In this document: piece after piece, positions 37,728 to 46,132 of the stretch | How positions within the stretch are numbered: position 1 is the stretch's first letter | How the letters are laid out: each line of letters begins with the position of its first letter | Assembly: GCA_963660905.1 (NCBI GenBank) | Contig: CAVKZJ010000007.1 | Span: 8,953 to 72,952 of the forward strand | Source: a bacterium | Lineage (GTDB): Bacteria > Bacillota_I > Bacilli_A > RFN20 > CAG-288 | Direction of reading: 5' to 3' | Length of the DNA stretch: 64,000 bases | The notes under the pieces: model-generated | The model's database searches: none | What the model was told of the DNA's origin: nothing | What the model saw: the letters and a program-made list of their open reading frames with translations, nothing else | Made by a program: the position numbers and the translations under genes

Positions 37728-38972
37728 ATGGTCAACGATGATGAAGTGAAGTTCAATTTCAGGCCGATCAAAAAATTCATCGAAAGAAAAAAGAAAGAAA
37801 AAGAAGATAAGGAAAAAGGAAAGCAACTTCTTGATGAGCAAAGAAAGAAGGACGAACTTCTTCCAAAAGATGCACCTGAAGGCGTATTCGTCTCCCTGAA
37901 GAACGTCAACAAGATCTATGAAAACGGCTATCATGCCGTCCATGATTTCTCCATCGACATCAAAGAGCATGAATTCATCGTCTTCGTCGGTCCATCAGGC
38001 TGCGGCAAATCAACAACCTTGAGAATGATTGCCGGCTTGGAAGACATTTCTGGCGGAAACCTCTTCATCGACGGCGACTTCATGAACGATGTCGCACCAA
38101 AAGACAGAGGAATCGCCATGGTGTTCCAGTCCTATGCCCTGTATCCACATATGAGCGTCTACAACAATATGGCCTTCCCTTTGAAAGTCATGCATCTATC
38201 CAAAGCGGAGATCAATGAGAGAGTCATGAACGCCGCAAGAATCCTTCAGATTGAACCCTTCCTGGATCGAAAGCCAAAGGCTCTCTCTGGCGGACAAAGA
38301 CAGAGAGTCGCTCTAGGCCGAGCCATCGTCCGTCATGCGAAAGTTCTCTTGATGGATGAGCCGCTAAGCAACCTCGACGCAAAACTGAGAGTCCAGATGC
38401 GAAGCGAAATCGTCAAGCTGCACAACAACCTCAATACGACCACCATCTATGTCACCCACGACCAAACCGAAGCGATGACCATGGCCACCCGCATCGTCAT
38501 CATGAAGGATGGATATGTCCAGCAGATTGGAACTCCAATCGAAATCTTCAACCATCCGGTCAACCGATTTGTCGCCGGATTCATCGGATCGCCGGCCATG
38601 AACTTCTTCGATGCCCGCTATGAGGATGGATATGTCACTTTTGTCACCGGGCAGAAAGTCAAGCTTCCAGAATCTCTTGTCGTTGACAAACAGATTCCCA
38701 ACAAAATCATCTTCGGCATCCGACCGGAGGATATGTATGATGGATATGGCTATCAGGCAAGCCTATATCCCGACGCCCTCTTCGAAGCCAAGGTCATCCT
38801 CGCTGAACTGTTAGGAAACGAATACTATGTCCATACGAATTTCGCCTATCAGGATGTCGTTTCGAAGTTCCCATCCAGCCATCACATCGAAAAAGGCGAA
38901 ACCGTCAAATTCTGCATGGACTTAAACCATTGCCATATCTTCGATCCCGTCACGGAAAAAGCCATTTTCTAG
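37728..38972 (+). CDS. Sugar ABC transporter ATP-binding protein (MalK/MsiK/UgpC type) with a ~55-aa K/E-rich N-terminal extension
   Basis: Walker A GPSGCGKST, Q-loop, LSGGQRQRVALGRA, Walker B LLMDEPLSNLD and a C-terminal regulatory/TOBE-like domain. ATG at 37728 lies 7 nt after AGGAGG. The longer track ORF overlaps the phosphorylase gene. Confidence 0.9.
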   Translation: MVNDDEVKFNFRPIKKFIERKKKEKEDKEKGKQLLDEQRKKDELLPKDAPEGVFVSLKNVNKIYENGYHAVHDFSIDIKEHEFIVFVGPSGCGKSTTLRMIAGLEDISGGNLFIDGDFMNDVAPKDRGIAMVFQSYALYPHMSVYNNMAFPLKVMHLSKAEINERVMNAARILQIEPFLDRKPKALSGGQRQRVALGRAIVRHAKVLLMDEPLSNLDAKLRVQMRSEIVKLHNNLNTTTIYVTHDQTEAMTMATRIVIMKDGYVQQIGTPIEIFNHPVNRFVAGFIGSPAMNFFDARYEDGYVTFVTGQKVKLPESLVVDKQIPNKIIFGIRPEDMYDGYGYQASLYPDALFEAKVILAELLGNEYYVHTNFAYQDVVSKFPSSHHIEKGETVKFCMDLNHCHIFDPVTEKAIF

Positions 38973-38983
38973 GAGGATAGGAT

Positions 38984-40033
38984 ATGAACTTCAATATCAG
39001 CAGGTTCTATAAAAGAAAAAGGCATAGAGCAAACAAGGTCTCCTATGCCAAATACGGCTACATCTTCCTTATCCCCTTCCTTCTCATCTTCCTCGTCTTC
39101 CAGCTCTTCCCTCTTCTCCAGACAGGATTCTTCTCTTTCTTTGAATACTACTTCAAGGGCGGTCTGAAGCAGGTCGGTCCAAATTTCGTCGGATTTGAAA
39201 ATTATGCAAAGCTTCTTGCCGCAGATTCACCTTTCTGGAAATATCTCGGAAACACCGTCCTCATTTGGATCATCGGCTTCATTCCCCAGATCATCGTCTC
39301 TCTCCTTCTTGCCATCTGGTTTACCGATTCACGACTGAAGCTGAAAGCCTCAAGCTTCTTCAAGGCCATCACATATATGCCAAACCTCATCATGGCCAGT
39401 GCCTTCGGCATGATGTTCTTGGTTCTCTTCTCCGACTCCGGTCCGATCAACCAGATTCTTGTCTCCTCTGGCATACTCGATAAAGCCTTTGCCTTTGAAA
39501 GCAGCAAGAAATGGACAAGAATCATCATCGCCTTCATCAACTGGCTCATGTGGTTTGGAAATACAGCCATCCTGTTGATGTCAGGCATCATGGGAATCGA
39601 TGAATCCATCTTCGAATCCGCAAGACTGGATGGTGCAGGATCTTTCCGCACATTCTGGAAAATCACGATGCCTCTGTTGATGCCGATCTTCGTCTATGTT
39701 CTTGTCACTTCGCTCATCGGTGGTCTCCAACTGTTCGATGCCGCTCAGATTTTCACGAAATCTACAGGCGGACCAGAAAACGGATCAAAGACCATCATGA
39801 TGTACCTCAATGACATGATTTCCGTCAGTAAGAACTATGGCCTATCTGGCGCCTTATCCGTCATCATCTTCCTCTTCACCGGCATTTTATCCATCATCGT
39901 CTTCAAGACGCTTGTTCCGACCTATAACGCCGTCAAGGCAGAGGCCAAGGAACGCAAAAAAAGAGAAAGATGGCTGAAAGGAAGTGTCAGAAGAAACGAT
40001 TTGAATGCCATGGGAGGTGAATGCAATGCCTAG
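38984..40033 (+). CDS. Sugar ABC transporter permease (MalF/CUT1-type)
   Basis: 349 aa, multi-TM, with an EAA-like loop (IDESIFESARLDGAGSFRTFWKITMP). AGGAGG RBS. Confidence 0.85.
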   Translation: MNFNISRFYKRKRHRANKVSYAKYGYIFLIPFLLIFLVFQLFPLLQTGFFSFFEYYFKGGLKQVGPNFVGFENYAKLLAADSPFWKYLGNTVLIWIIGFIPQIIVSLLLAIWFTDSRLKLKASSFFKAITYMPNLIMASAFGMMFLVLFSDSGPINQILVSSGILDKAFAFESSKKWTRIIIAFINWLMWFGNTAILLMSGIMGIDESIFESARLDGAGSFRTFWKITMPLLMPIFVYVLVTSLIGGLQLFDAAQIFTKSTGGPENGSKTIMMYLNDMISVSKNYGLSGALSVIIFLFTGILSIIVFKTLVPTYNAVKAEAKERKKRERWLKGSVRRNDLNAMGGECNA

Positions 40034-40934
40034 TCTAACAAAGAGCGTGGATGACACGCAATTGAGCAGAAAAAAAGACAAGAAGCTGAAGAATGAAAAA
40101 GTCTCGCTCTATATCTACCGCACATTCGTCTACATCTTTCTCATTCTTCTGACTCTCATCTGTATCTTCCCCTTCTACACCTTGATTATCAACTGTTCAC
40201 ATTCGAATGCTGAGATTCAGCAGGGATTCAACTGGTGGTTCGGAACTTCCTTTGCCGATAACTGGAACAATCTGATGTCGAATCCGAATATTCCCATCAA
40301 ACACGGCTTCAGAAACTCCCTCATCATCTCCTTCTCTTCTTCCTTTTTGACCTGCTACTTCTCCGCACTGACTGCCTATGCAACCCACATCTATCAGTTC
40401 AAGGGAAGAAAATTCATCGAGAAATTCATTTTGATCATCATGATGATTCCGACCCAGGTTTCCGCGCTTTCCTTGGTTCTCATCTACACCCAACTTCATA
40501 TGCTCAATCAGATTTGGGTCTTGATTCTTCCAACCATCTCCTCTCCTGTCACCTACTTCTATATGAAGCAATATATGGAATCCATCCTTCCGTTTGAAGT
40601 CATCGAAGCCGCTCGTGTGGATGGCTATAGCGAAATCGGCATCTTCCATCGCATCGTCCTTCCCATCATGAAACCAGCCATTGCCGTTCAGTTCATCTTT
40701 GCCTTTGTCTCCAACTGGAACAACTACTTCGTTCCCGCATTGCTTCTCCAACAAGACAAATATAAAACGCTTCCTCTTGTCATTGCCGGCCTCAAGGCAA
40801 GCAACCCCGACACATTCGATCTCGGTCAGATTTATATGCTGATGATGATTTCCGTCATTCCGGTTGTCGTTGTCTATCTCATCTTCTCCAAAGCCATCAT
40901 CAAGAACCTCACTTCTGGCGCAGTCAAAGGATAA
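40026..40934 (+). CDS. Sugar ABC transporter permease (MalG/CUT1-type)
   Basis: Multi-TM with an EAA loop (EVIEAARVDGYSEIGIFHRIVLP). ATG at 40026 follows GGGAGGTG and overlaps the previous stop by 8 nt. Confidence 0.85.
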   Translation: MPSLTKSVDDTQLSRKKDKKLKNEKVSLYIYRTFVYIFLILLTLICIFPFYTLIINCSHSNAEIQQGFNWWFGTSFADNWNNLMSNPNIPIKHGFRNSLIISFSSSFLTCYFSALTAYATHIYQFKGRKFIEKFILIIMMIPTQVSALSLVLIYTQLHMLNQIWVLILPTISSPVTYFYMKQYMESILPFEVIEAARVDGYSEIGIFHRIVLPIMKPAIAVQFIFAFVSNWNNYFVPALLLQQDKYKTLPLVIAGLKASNPDTFDLGQIYMLMMISVIPVVVVYLIFSKAIIKNLTSGAVKG

Positions 40935-40989
40935 AAAAAATCAGGCTACCAAGCATTCGGATAGAATTCCGATTCTTGATAGCCTTTTT
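40935..40989. terminator. Bidirectional terminator between the permease and LacI genes
   Basis: aggctaccaag (40943-40953) pairs with cttgatagcct (40975-40985), with an inner tcgga/tccga helix. It is flanked by A8 upstream and T5 downstream. Confidence 0.75.
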
Positions 40990-42000
40990 CTATCGTTCGA
41001 TTTTGAATGTCGTATCGCCTTCCTGAATCTTTCCCTGAATGGTGAGTGTCATCGGAACGAAGGTCTCTGGTGAGTCGATGCGTTCAATCAGCTGTTTTGC
41101 CGCTTCCTTTCCGAGTTCCTCGGAATTCTGAACATAGGTCGTGAATTTCGGTCGGAAGATTCTCGAAAGTTCGATGCCGTCATAGCCAATGACAGAGACA
41201 TCCTTAGGAACCTCAAACTTCATCTCATTGAGGGCCGATAGGGCACCGATCATGGAAATGTCATCTGTTGCGAAGATGCAGGTCGGACGGTCTTTTAGCT
41301 TCATGAGACTCTTCGTCTGGTGTCCACATGCCTTCGGATTGTGGAAAGCACCCTGGAGAAGATATTCTTCATGGATTGGAAGATTGCATTCCTTCATCCC
41401 TGCGTAGAAACTTGCCAATCTTTTCTTGGTGACATCGGTCTTCTCACCATAAATGAAGGCGATTTTCTTATGTCCAAGCTGATAGGCATAATGAATCATT
41501 TTCTTCATTCCTTCCGTATTGTCTGACATGATGGCCGTACAGGAATTGAAGATATAGTCGATCGTGACAACGGGAAGGTCCGATTTGACCAATTCGATGA
41601 TTTCTGGATTCTCGAATTCCTCGGTGACGATGATGACCCCATCCATATTGAGGTATCTTGCCAACTGAAGGTATGTCATATTTCGATTCGTTCTTTTCGA
41701 AAGGAAGGTGATGCAGAATCCATTTGACTCTGCCTCTACTTTCAAGGAATTCAGAATCGAAGAAAAATATTCATGCTTCAATCCGCCATAGGTCGCATCA
41801 TAATAGATGACACCGATATTATAAGATTTCTTGCTCTTCAAAGCGCGGGCATAGGCATTGGGAACATATCCCATGTCCTTGGCAATCTTCATAATCCTTT
41901 CGATTGTTTCCTTCGAAAGTTCCGATGAACCGTTGAGTGCACGGCTGACTGTCGCGACAGACGTGTTGCAGGCTTTGGCAATATCTTTTAGTTTGACCAT
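40990..42000 (-). CDS. LacI-family transcriptional regulator (local regulator of the GH94 locus)
   Basis: MVKLKDIAKACNTSVATVSRALNGSSELSKETIERIMKIAKDMGYVPNAYARAL is the HTH; a periplasmic-binding-protein-like sugar-binding core follows. Confidence 0.85.
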   Translation of the reverse strand: MVKLKDIAKACNTSVATVSRALNGSSELSKETIERIMKIAKDMGYVPNAYARALKSKKSYNIGVIYYDATYGGLKHEYFSSILNSLKVEAESNGFCITFLSKRTNRNMTYLQLARYLNMDGVIIVTEEFENPEIIELVKSDLPVVTIDYIFNSCTAIMSDNTEGMKKMIHYAYQLGHKKIAFIYGEKTDVTKKRLASFYAGMKECNLPIHEEYLLQGAFHNPKACGHQTKSLMKLKDRPTCIFATDDISMIGALSALNEMKFEVPKDVSVIGYDGIELSRIFRPKFTTYVQNSEELGKEAAKQLIERIDSPETFVPMTLTIQGKIQEGDTTFKIER

Positions 42001-42033
42001 CTTTCCCTCATAAAATGATATAAAACATCTATA

Positions 42034-42047
42034 TGTAAACGTTTGTT
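42034..42047. promoter_or_regulatory. LacI-type operator/cre-like palindrome (site c) upstream of the LacI gene
   Basis: tgtaaacgtttgtt has a perfectly palindromic AAACGTTT core and lies 34 nt upstream of the LacI start codon. Confidence 0.5.
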
Positions 42048-42086
42048 CTTTACAAAGTAAAGGATTTCGACGTATTTTGCAATCGT

Positions 42087-45047
42087 TTAGACACCTTTTG
42101 TACCGCTTTCCTTGAAAAAGGTGATTCGAATTTTATGTTTCGACTTCATTTTGGTGAGATTGATTGGAAGAGAAACCATCTTTCCATCGAGATAGACAAT
42201 CTTATTCTTTTCATCACAGACTTCGCCCTCCGTTTTCTCGATAGAGACTTCATAGACGGCATCAAGAAGACGCAATTCAAAAGAAAGAGAAGCCGTCTTC
42301 AAATCAAGCATGGGAACAAAAGAAAGAGTTCCCCCTTCAAGACGGATGCCAAAGGCTTCCATAAGAGTCAAGGTCAGCCAGGAAGCTGTTCCGCTGAGCA
42401 TTGGCCCGATATTCTCTTTTGTATTCGAATTATTGTATTGCGTACAGAATCTCGGATTTCCTTTATAGAGTGAGACATTCTCCATTGTCTTATAGGGATA
42501 GACCCTATCGAGCATAAAATAGGCATCCTCCACCATTCTCTTCTTAAGTTCTATTTTCTGAATCGTCTTTGCGCGATAAAGAAGAGCACGGGCAAACATC
42601 ATCGTCGCGTGCTTAAAGACACCGCCATTTTCTCTATCTCCGACAAAATAATGATCCGTCGAAGAGGATTTCGCTCCAGCCAAGGAAAGATCATGACTCG
42701 TGCACAGCCGATATCCGGCTTCCGTTTTCAGATATTTATCCACCACATTTTCAAGCATCTCCCCAATCTGTTCTTCGCTGGCCACATCGCTTAGAAGCGA
42801 CCATGTAAAGGAATTCAGATAATATGAGCCAGGGCAATCCTTTTCCAAAGAAAGATAATCTCCCTTGCTTCCGATATAGGAAATATGATTTTTGTTATCC
42901 CGATTGAGAAGCACTCTGGAAAAATAGCCTTCAATATAGGCATGCTTCTGAAGTGAATCCACTTTTTCCTTCAAAAGAGAAGAAAGTTTTTCATGATAAC
43001 CTTCATCCTTTCTTCTCAAGGCAATCTTCATCATCTCCTTTAGAGCAATCACAAGAAGGAATCCGTCCATGATTGATTCACTATATTCATTCTCAAAAGG
43101 AACGCCAAACTGCTGTTTCTTCTTTTGAAGCTGATGACGATAGGCTTTCTCCTTTTTCATGCCATCAAGATAGTCTGGATCGATACGAAGACAATCATTC
43201 CAGTCCGCACAGTCCAAAAGAGGAAGCCCATGCTTTCCAATCGAGATTTGAGATGAATAGAGAAGAATCGCCTTCAATGTCTCATAGACACTTCTCTTCT
43301 TTTTCTTGTCCGCCATCGAAAATCTTCTGTCTAGGAAAGCCTCATCCCCACTGAGATCGAGATAGCGAGAGATGGCAAAGACAAGCCAGAGCGCGTCATC
43401 ACTGCACATGCCTGGTTCTTTTCCCACATAGAAGAAATTGTGATTCGCATAGCCAAAGGAATAGACATTTTCGATCCACTGGGAAAGAAGTGACTCGATC
43501 GTCTTCTTTTTTCCGCATCCATAGAGATAATACATCGATGCGTACAGATCCTGAATTTCGCGAAATCCGATTTCACGATATCCCTTCTGTGTCATGGCAA
43601 AACTGCGGCTGACAAAAGTCTGATATAAGACCTGGAAGGGAAGATTCGTATTGACATAGCTCTGGAAGAAAGAATCATCTGCCTTTTTCACCTGAAGGAA
43701 GGATGAATACTTTCTCATTTCCTTGTCCATGTTCTCAAGAGCATGAACAACCTTTTTTCTCGTCGGATAAAGCAAAAGAAGTCGATTCAGTTCGTCTTTC
43801 AAAACAAAAAGATGATCATCCCCTGTCGTTCCTCTTGCATCGACCATGCCGGTAAAGGTGTCCACGCATTCTGTCTCTTCTGGTTTCAGCGAAAAGCTTT
43901 TCCCTAAGCCAAAAAATGAAGGTCCTTTCATCGATAAGACATTGTCAAGGGGATAAAGATGCTCAGGTGACTCTAAGCTTCCTCTCCCGATGAAGGATGT
44001 ATAATTGGTTGTAAAAGAAGTCGAAAATGAATCATCATCCCTAAGAATGCAGAATCTCATTTCCCGCTTGAAATATTCAGGATAATAATCCGGAGTGATC
44101 GCTACGATTTCCTTCTTCTCATTTTGAACAGCCTGAGCCTGGGAAATCAACGTCGAATAGATAACATCTTCTTCTTGGCAATGAGGGTTTGAAAACCCGA
44201 ACATACCTGTATAAACAAGAGAGAGATTTCTTTCTTTGTCCGATTCGTTCGTGATGGAAATCATCTGAACTTCCACGGCATCTGGAATTCCTTTTTTCTG
44301 TGGGAGGAGGAAGATTTCTCTTTGGATTCTCAATCCACATGAAAGCCGATAGAGAATCTCAGAACGATTCACTTTATGAATGCACGTCGCTTCCAAAACG
44401 GAATCATCCATCTTGGCTGAATAGAAAATCTGTTTTCCATCCTCGAGAAGATAAAACTGACGATTTGCCATAAATCCATTCTCTTCAGGTCTTAATCCCC
44501 AGGTCGTCGCCAAGACCTGGTAGGAGGAATGTGCACGAAATGACCCCTGAAAGAAACGGTTCACAACACTTTTCGGAGTGCTTTGCAAAGGATAGGAAAA
44601 CCCGATGCGATTTCCCAAAAGAAGATTCACATCATAATGTGGAGAAACATTTGTACATTTCAGGTCGATAATCTGCTCTCCGTTTTCATTCAGGGATCCT
44701 CCAAAATTTTGATTCGCCTTTTTTAGAGCGTCCATTCTTTCCTTGATCGAAATATCAATCAGAATCTGATGATGATTTTCATCAAACAGATTCCAGGAAT
44801 CCGACTCAAGAAGATAGGATTTTGTCAGATCAAGATTCTCAAAGAAAAGTGCGATTAGAGTATCCGACATCAGATCTTCCAAGCGAAAGAAGGAATTTTG
44901 ACATTCCATCAGCAGATAAGATTCGTTTGGATAAGATAAACAGAAGAAATCAAAAGAAGAAGAATTCAACATCGACTCGAATTTCAATGACAATCGGTCC
45001 CGAAGCTGAAAATTCTCACCTCGTGCATTTTTGACATTCAATTCCAT
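42087..45047 (-). CDS. GH94-family glycoside phosphorylase, long form (cellodextrin-phosphorylase-like)
   Basis: 986 aa. It contains the GH94 catalytic block GLPLLDCADWNDCLRI (compare GLPLIGRADWNDCLNL in the 811-aa enzyme) and an extended N-terminal domain. The size fits cellodextrin- or laminaribiose-type GH94 enzymes. The specific substrate was not determined. Confidence 0.65.
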   Translation of the reverse strand: MELNVKNARGENFQLRDRLSLKFESMLNSSSFDFFCLSYPNESYLLMECQNSFFRLEDLMSDTLIALFFENLDLTKSYLLESDSWNLFDENHHQILIDISIKERMDALKKANQNFGGSLNENGEQIIDLKCTNVSPHYDVNLLLGNRIGFSYPLQSTPKSVVNRFFQGSFRAHSSYQVLATTWGLRPEENGFMANRQFYLLEDGKQIFYSAKMDDSVLEATCIHKVNRSEILYRLSCGLRIQREIFLLPQKKGIPDAVEVQMISITNESDKERNLSLVYTGMFGFSNPHCQEEDVIYSTLISQAQAVQNEKKEIVAITPDYYPEYFKREMRFCILRDDDSFSTSFTTNYTSFIGRGSLESPEHLYPLDNVLSMKGPSFFGLGKSFSLKPEETECVDTFTGMVDARGTTGDDHLFVLKDELNRLLLLYPTRKKVVHALENMDKEMRKYSSFLQVKKADDSFFQSYVNTNLPFQVLYQTFVSRSFAMTQKGYREIGFREIQDLYASMYYLYGCGKKKTIESLLSQWIENVYSFGYANHNFFYVGKEPGMCSDDALWLVFAISRYLDLSGDEAFLDRRFSMADKKKKRSVYETLKAILLYSSQISIGKHGLPLLDCADWNDCLRIDPDYLDGMKKEKAYRHQLQKKKQQFGVPFENEYSESIMDGFLLVIALKEMMKIALRRKDEGYHEKLSSLLKEKVDSLQKHAYIEGYFSRVLLNRDNKNHISYIGSKGDYLSLEKDCPGSYYLNSFTWSLLSDVASEEQIGEMLENVVDKYLKTEAGYRLCTSHDLSLAGAKSSSTDHYFVGDRENGGVFKHATMMFARALLYRAKTIQKIELKKRMVEDAYFMLDRVYPYKTMENVSLYKGNPRFCTQYNNSNTKENIGPMLSGTASWLTLTLMEAFGIRLEGGTLSFVPMLDLKTASLSFELRLLDAVYEVSIEKTEGEVCDEKNKIVYLDGKMVSLPINLTKMKSKHKIRITFFKESGTKGV

Positions 45048-45057
45048 AACTATTCTC

Positions 45058-45071
45058 CGTAATCGTTTACA
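45058..45071. promoter_or_regulatory. LacI-type operator/cre-like palindrome (site d) upstream of the long GH94 gene
   Basis: cgtaatcgtttaca lies between a minus-strand TATAAT (45085-45080) and the GGAGA RBS of the gene starting at 45047. Confidence 0.55.
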
Positions 45072-45387
45072 TTATGAATATTATACACGATTTGGATGGT
45101 TTTATCATTAGATTCGAAAGAAAATGAAAAATCTTTTCTTATCGGATATAGAGTCCGTTTGATATAGAATCGACGCCTTGATGAAATACACTTCTCCTAT
45201 AGCCCTAATCAAGATTATACCGATGCAATCGTTGTGCTTATGATACTGTTGTGCTATGATTTTTTAGTCCTTCACCCAGTTCTCAATACACCGGATTCTG
45301 AAAAGAACTGTGAGCATCTGTCATGCTCTATCTTCCTCTTGCCATCAATGACATTTCTATCCAAAAAACAGAAAGATTTGATATATC

Positions 45388-45684
45388 ATGAAAGAAGAGA
45401 AAAAAGATAAAAAGAAGAAAAATCCACTCAAGAAAGCCATCATCGAAATTGTGATATCCAGCCTCATACTCATTTTGGATTTCATTTATCTGATTATTGC
45501 TTACACAAACTATAAACACTATACTGCGAAACTATACGACCATCTCTATTACATCGCTGGTATTTTTATTCTTTGCATCCTTTGTCTTTTCGATGGCATC
45601 ATATCCATTCCTCTTGCCATCAAGAAAAAAAGAAAAGAAAAACAGCAGAATAACAATAATGACGATTCAATCGCAAATCATTAA
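45388..45684 (+). CDS. Hypothetical small membrane protein (two predicted TM helices, K-rich termini)
   Basis: 98-aa ORF: MKEEKKDKKKKNPLKK, then hydrophobic IIEIVISSLILILDFIYLIIAY and YYIAGIFILCILCLFDGIISIPLAI, then KKKRKEKQQNNNN. No convincing SD and no recognisable family. Confidence 0.35.
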   Translation: MKEEKKDKKKKNPLKKAIIEIVISSLILILDFIYLIIAYTNYKHYTAKLYDHLYYIAGIFILCILCLFDGIISIPLAIKKKRKEKQQNNNNDDSIANH

Positions 45685-45872
45685 AAATTATAATCATTTT
45701 TTAGCAATAAAATTCATCAATCATTCTTGTTGCGAGAGTGAGAAATGATTTTTTTCATTTATTCATTTTAATCAAAAGATTCAGACTTATCTTTTTTCAA
45801 CACAATGCCGTTCCATGTTATTCGTCATTCTAACCTTTAGTTGCTTTTCAATTGTAAAATTTCACTTTTCTG

Positions 45873-45901
45873 TTGCAAACGAAAAAAACGAGTGATATAT
45901 T
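45873..45901 (+). promoter_or_regulatory. Promoter candidate for the mgtA leader
   Basis: TTGCAA (45873-45878), 17-nt spacer, TATATT (45896-45901). Confidence 0.5.
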
Positions 45902-46070
45902 CTTTCCGCCTCAAGCAAGGCCATGCTAACTAGCAGACACGGATAATTGCCGTCATGGGAAGGAGACTATTCATGACTGGTCAACATCTCTTATCGATGC
46001 CAAGGTAAAAGATAACATTATTCAAATGCTCTAGAAGTGTAAGCTCAAGCGTCGGAAGGTTTTTTTAATG
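45902..46070 (+). promoter_or_regulatory. Candidate M-box (ykoK-type) Mg2+ riboswitch with a terminal T-run
   Basis: Blocks resemble the conserved M-box core: GGTCAACA (45979-45986), CGAtgccAAGGT (45995-46006) and AAAtGCTCTAg (46024-46034). ctttccg (45902-45908) can pair with cggaagg (46053-46059), which is followed by T7 (46060-46066). It sits directly upstream of a Mg2+-ATPase gene. The 5' half does not obviously match the consensus. Confidence 0.55.
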
Positions 46071-46132
46071 GAAATCTTTTTTCATCGAACTTACTCCCTG
46101 TTAGCAATGTAGATCACAGGAGGACAAGATTT

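Noticed and set aside
37187-37912. 241-aa ORF antisense across the cellobiose phosphorylase/ATPase junction
   Set aside because: It is low-complexity S/F-rich and overlaps two confidently called genes plus their intergenic RBS.
45497-45748. 83-aa ORF overlapping the 98-aa small membrane ORF in another frame
   Set aside because: It overlaps a marginally better candidate, and has no RBS and no features. At most one of the two is real.
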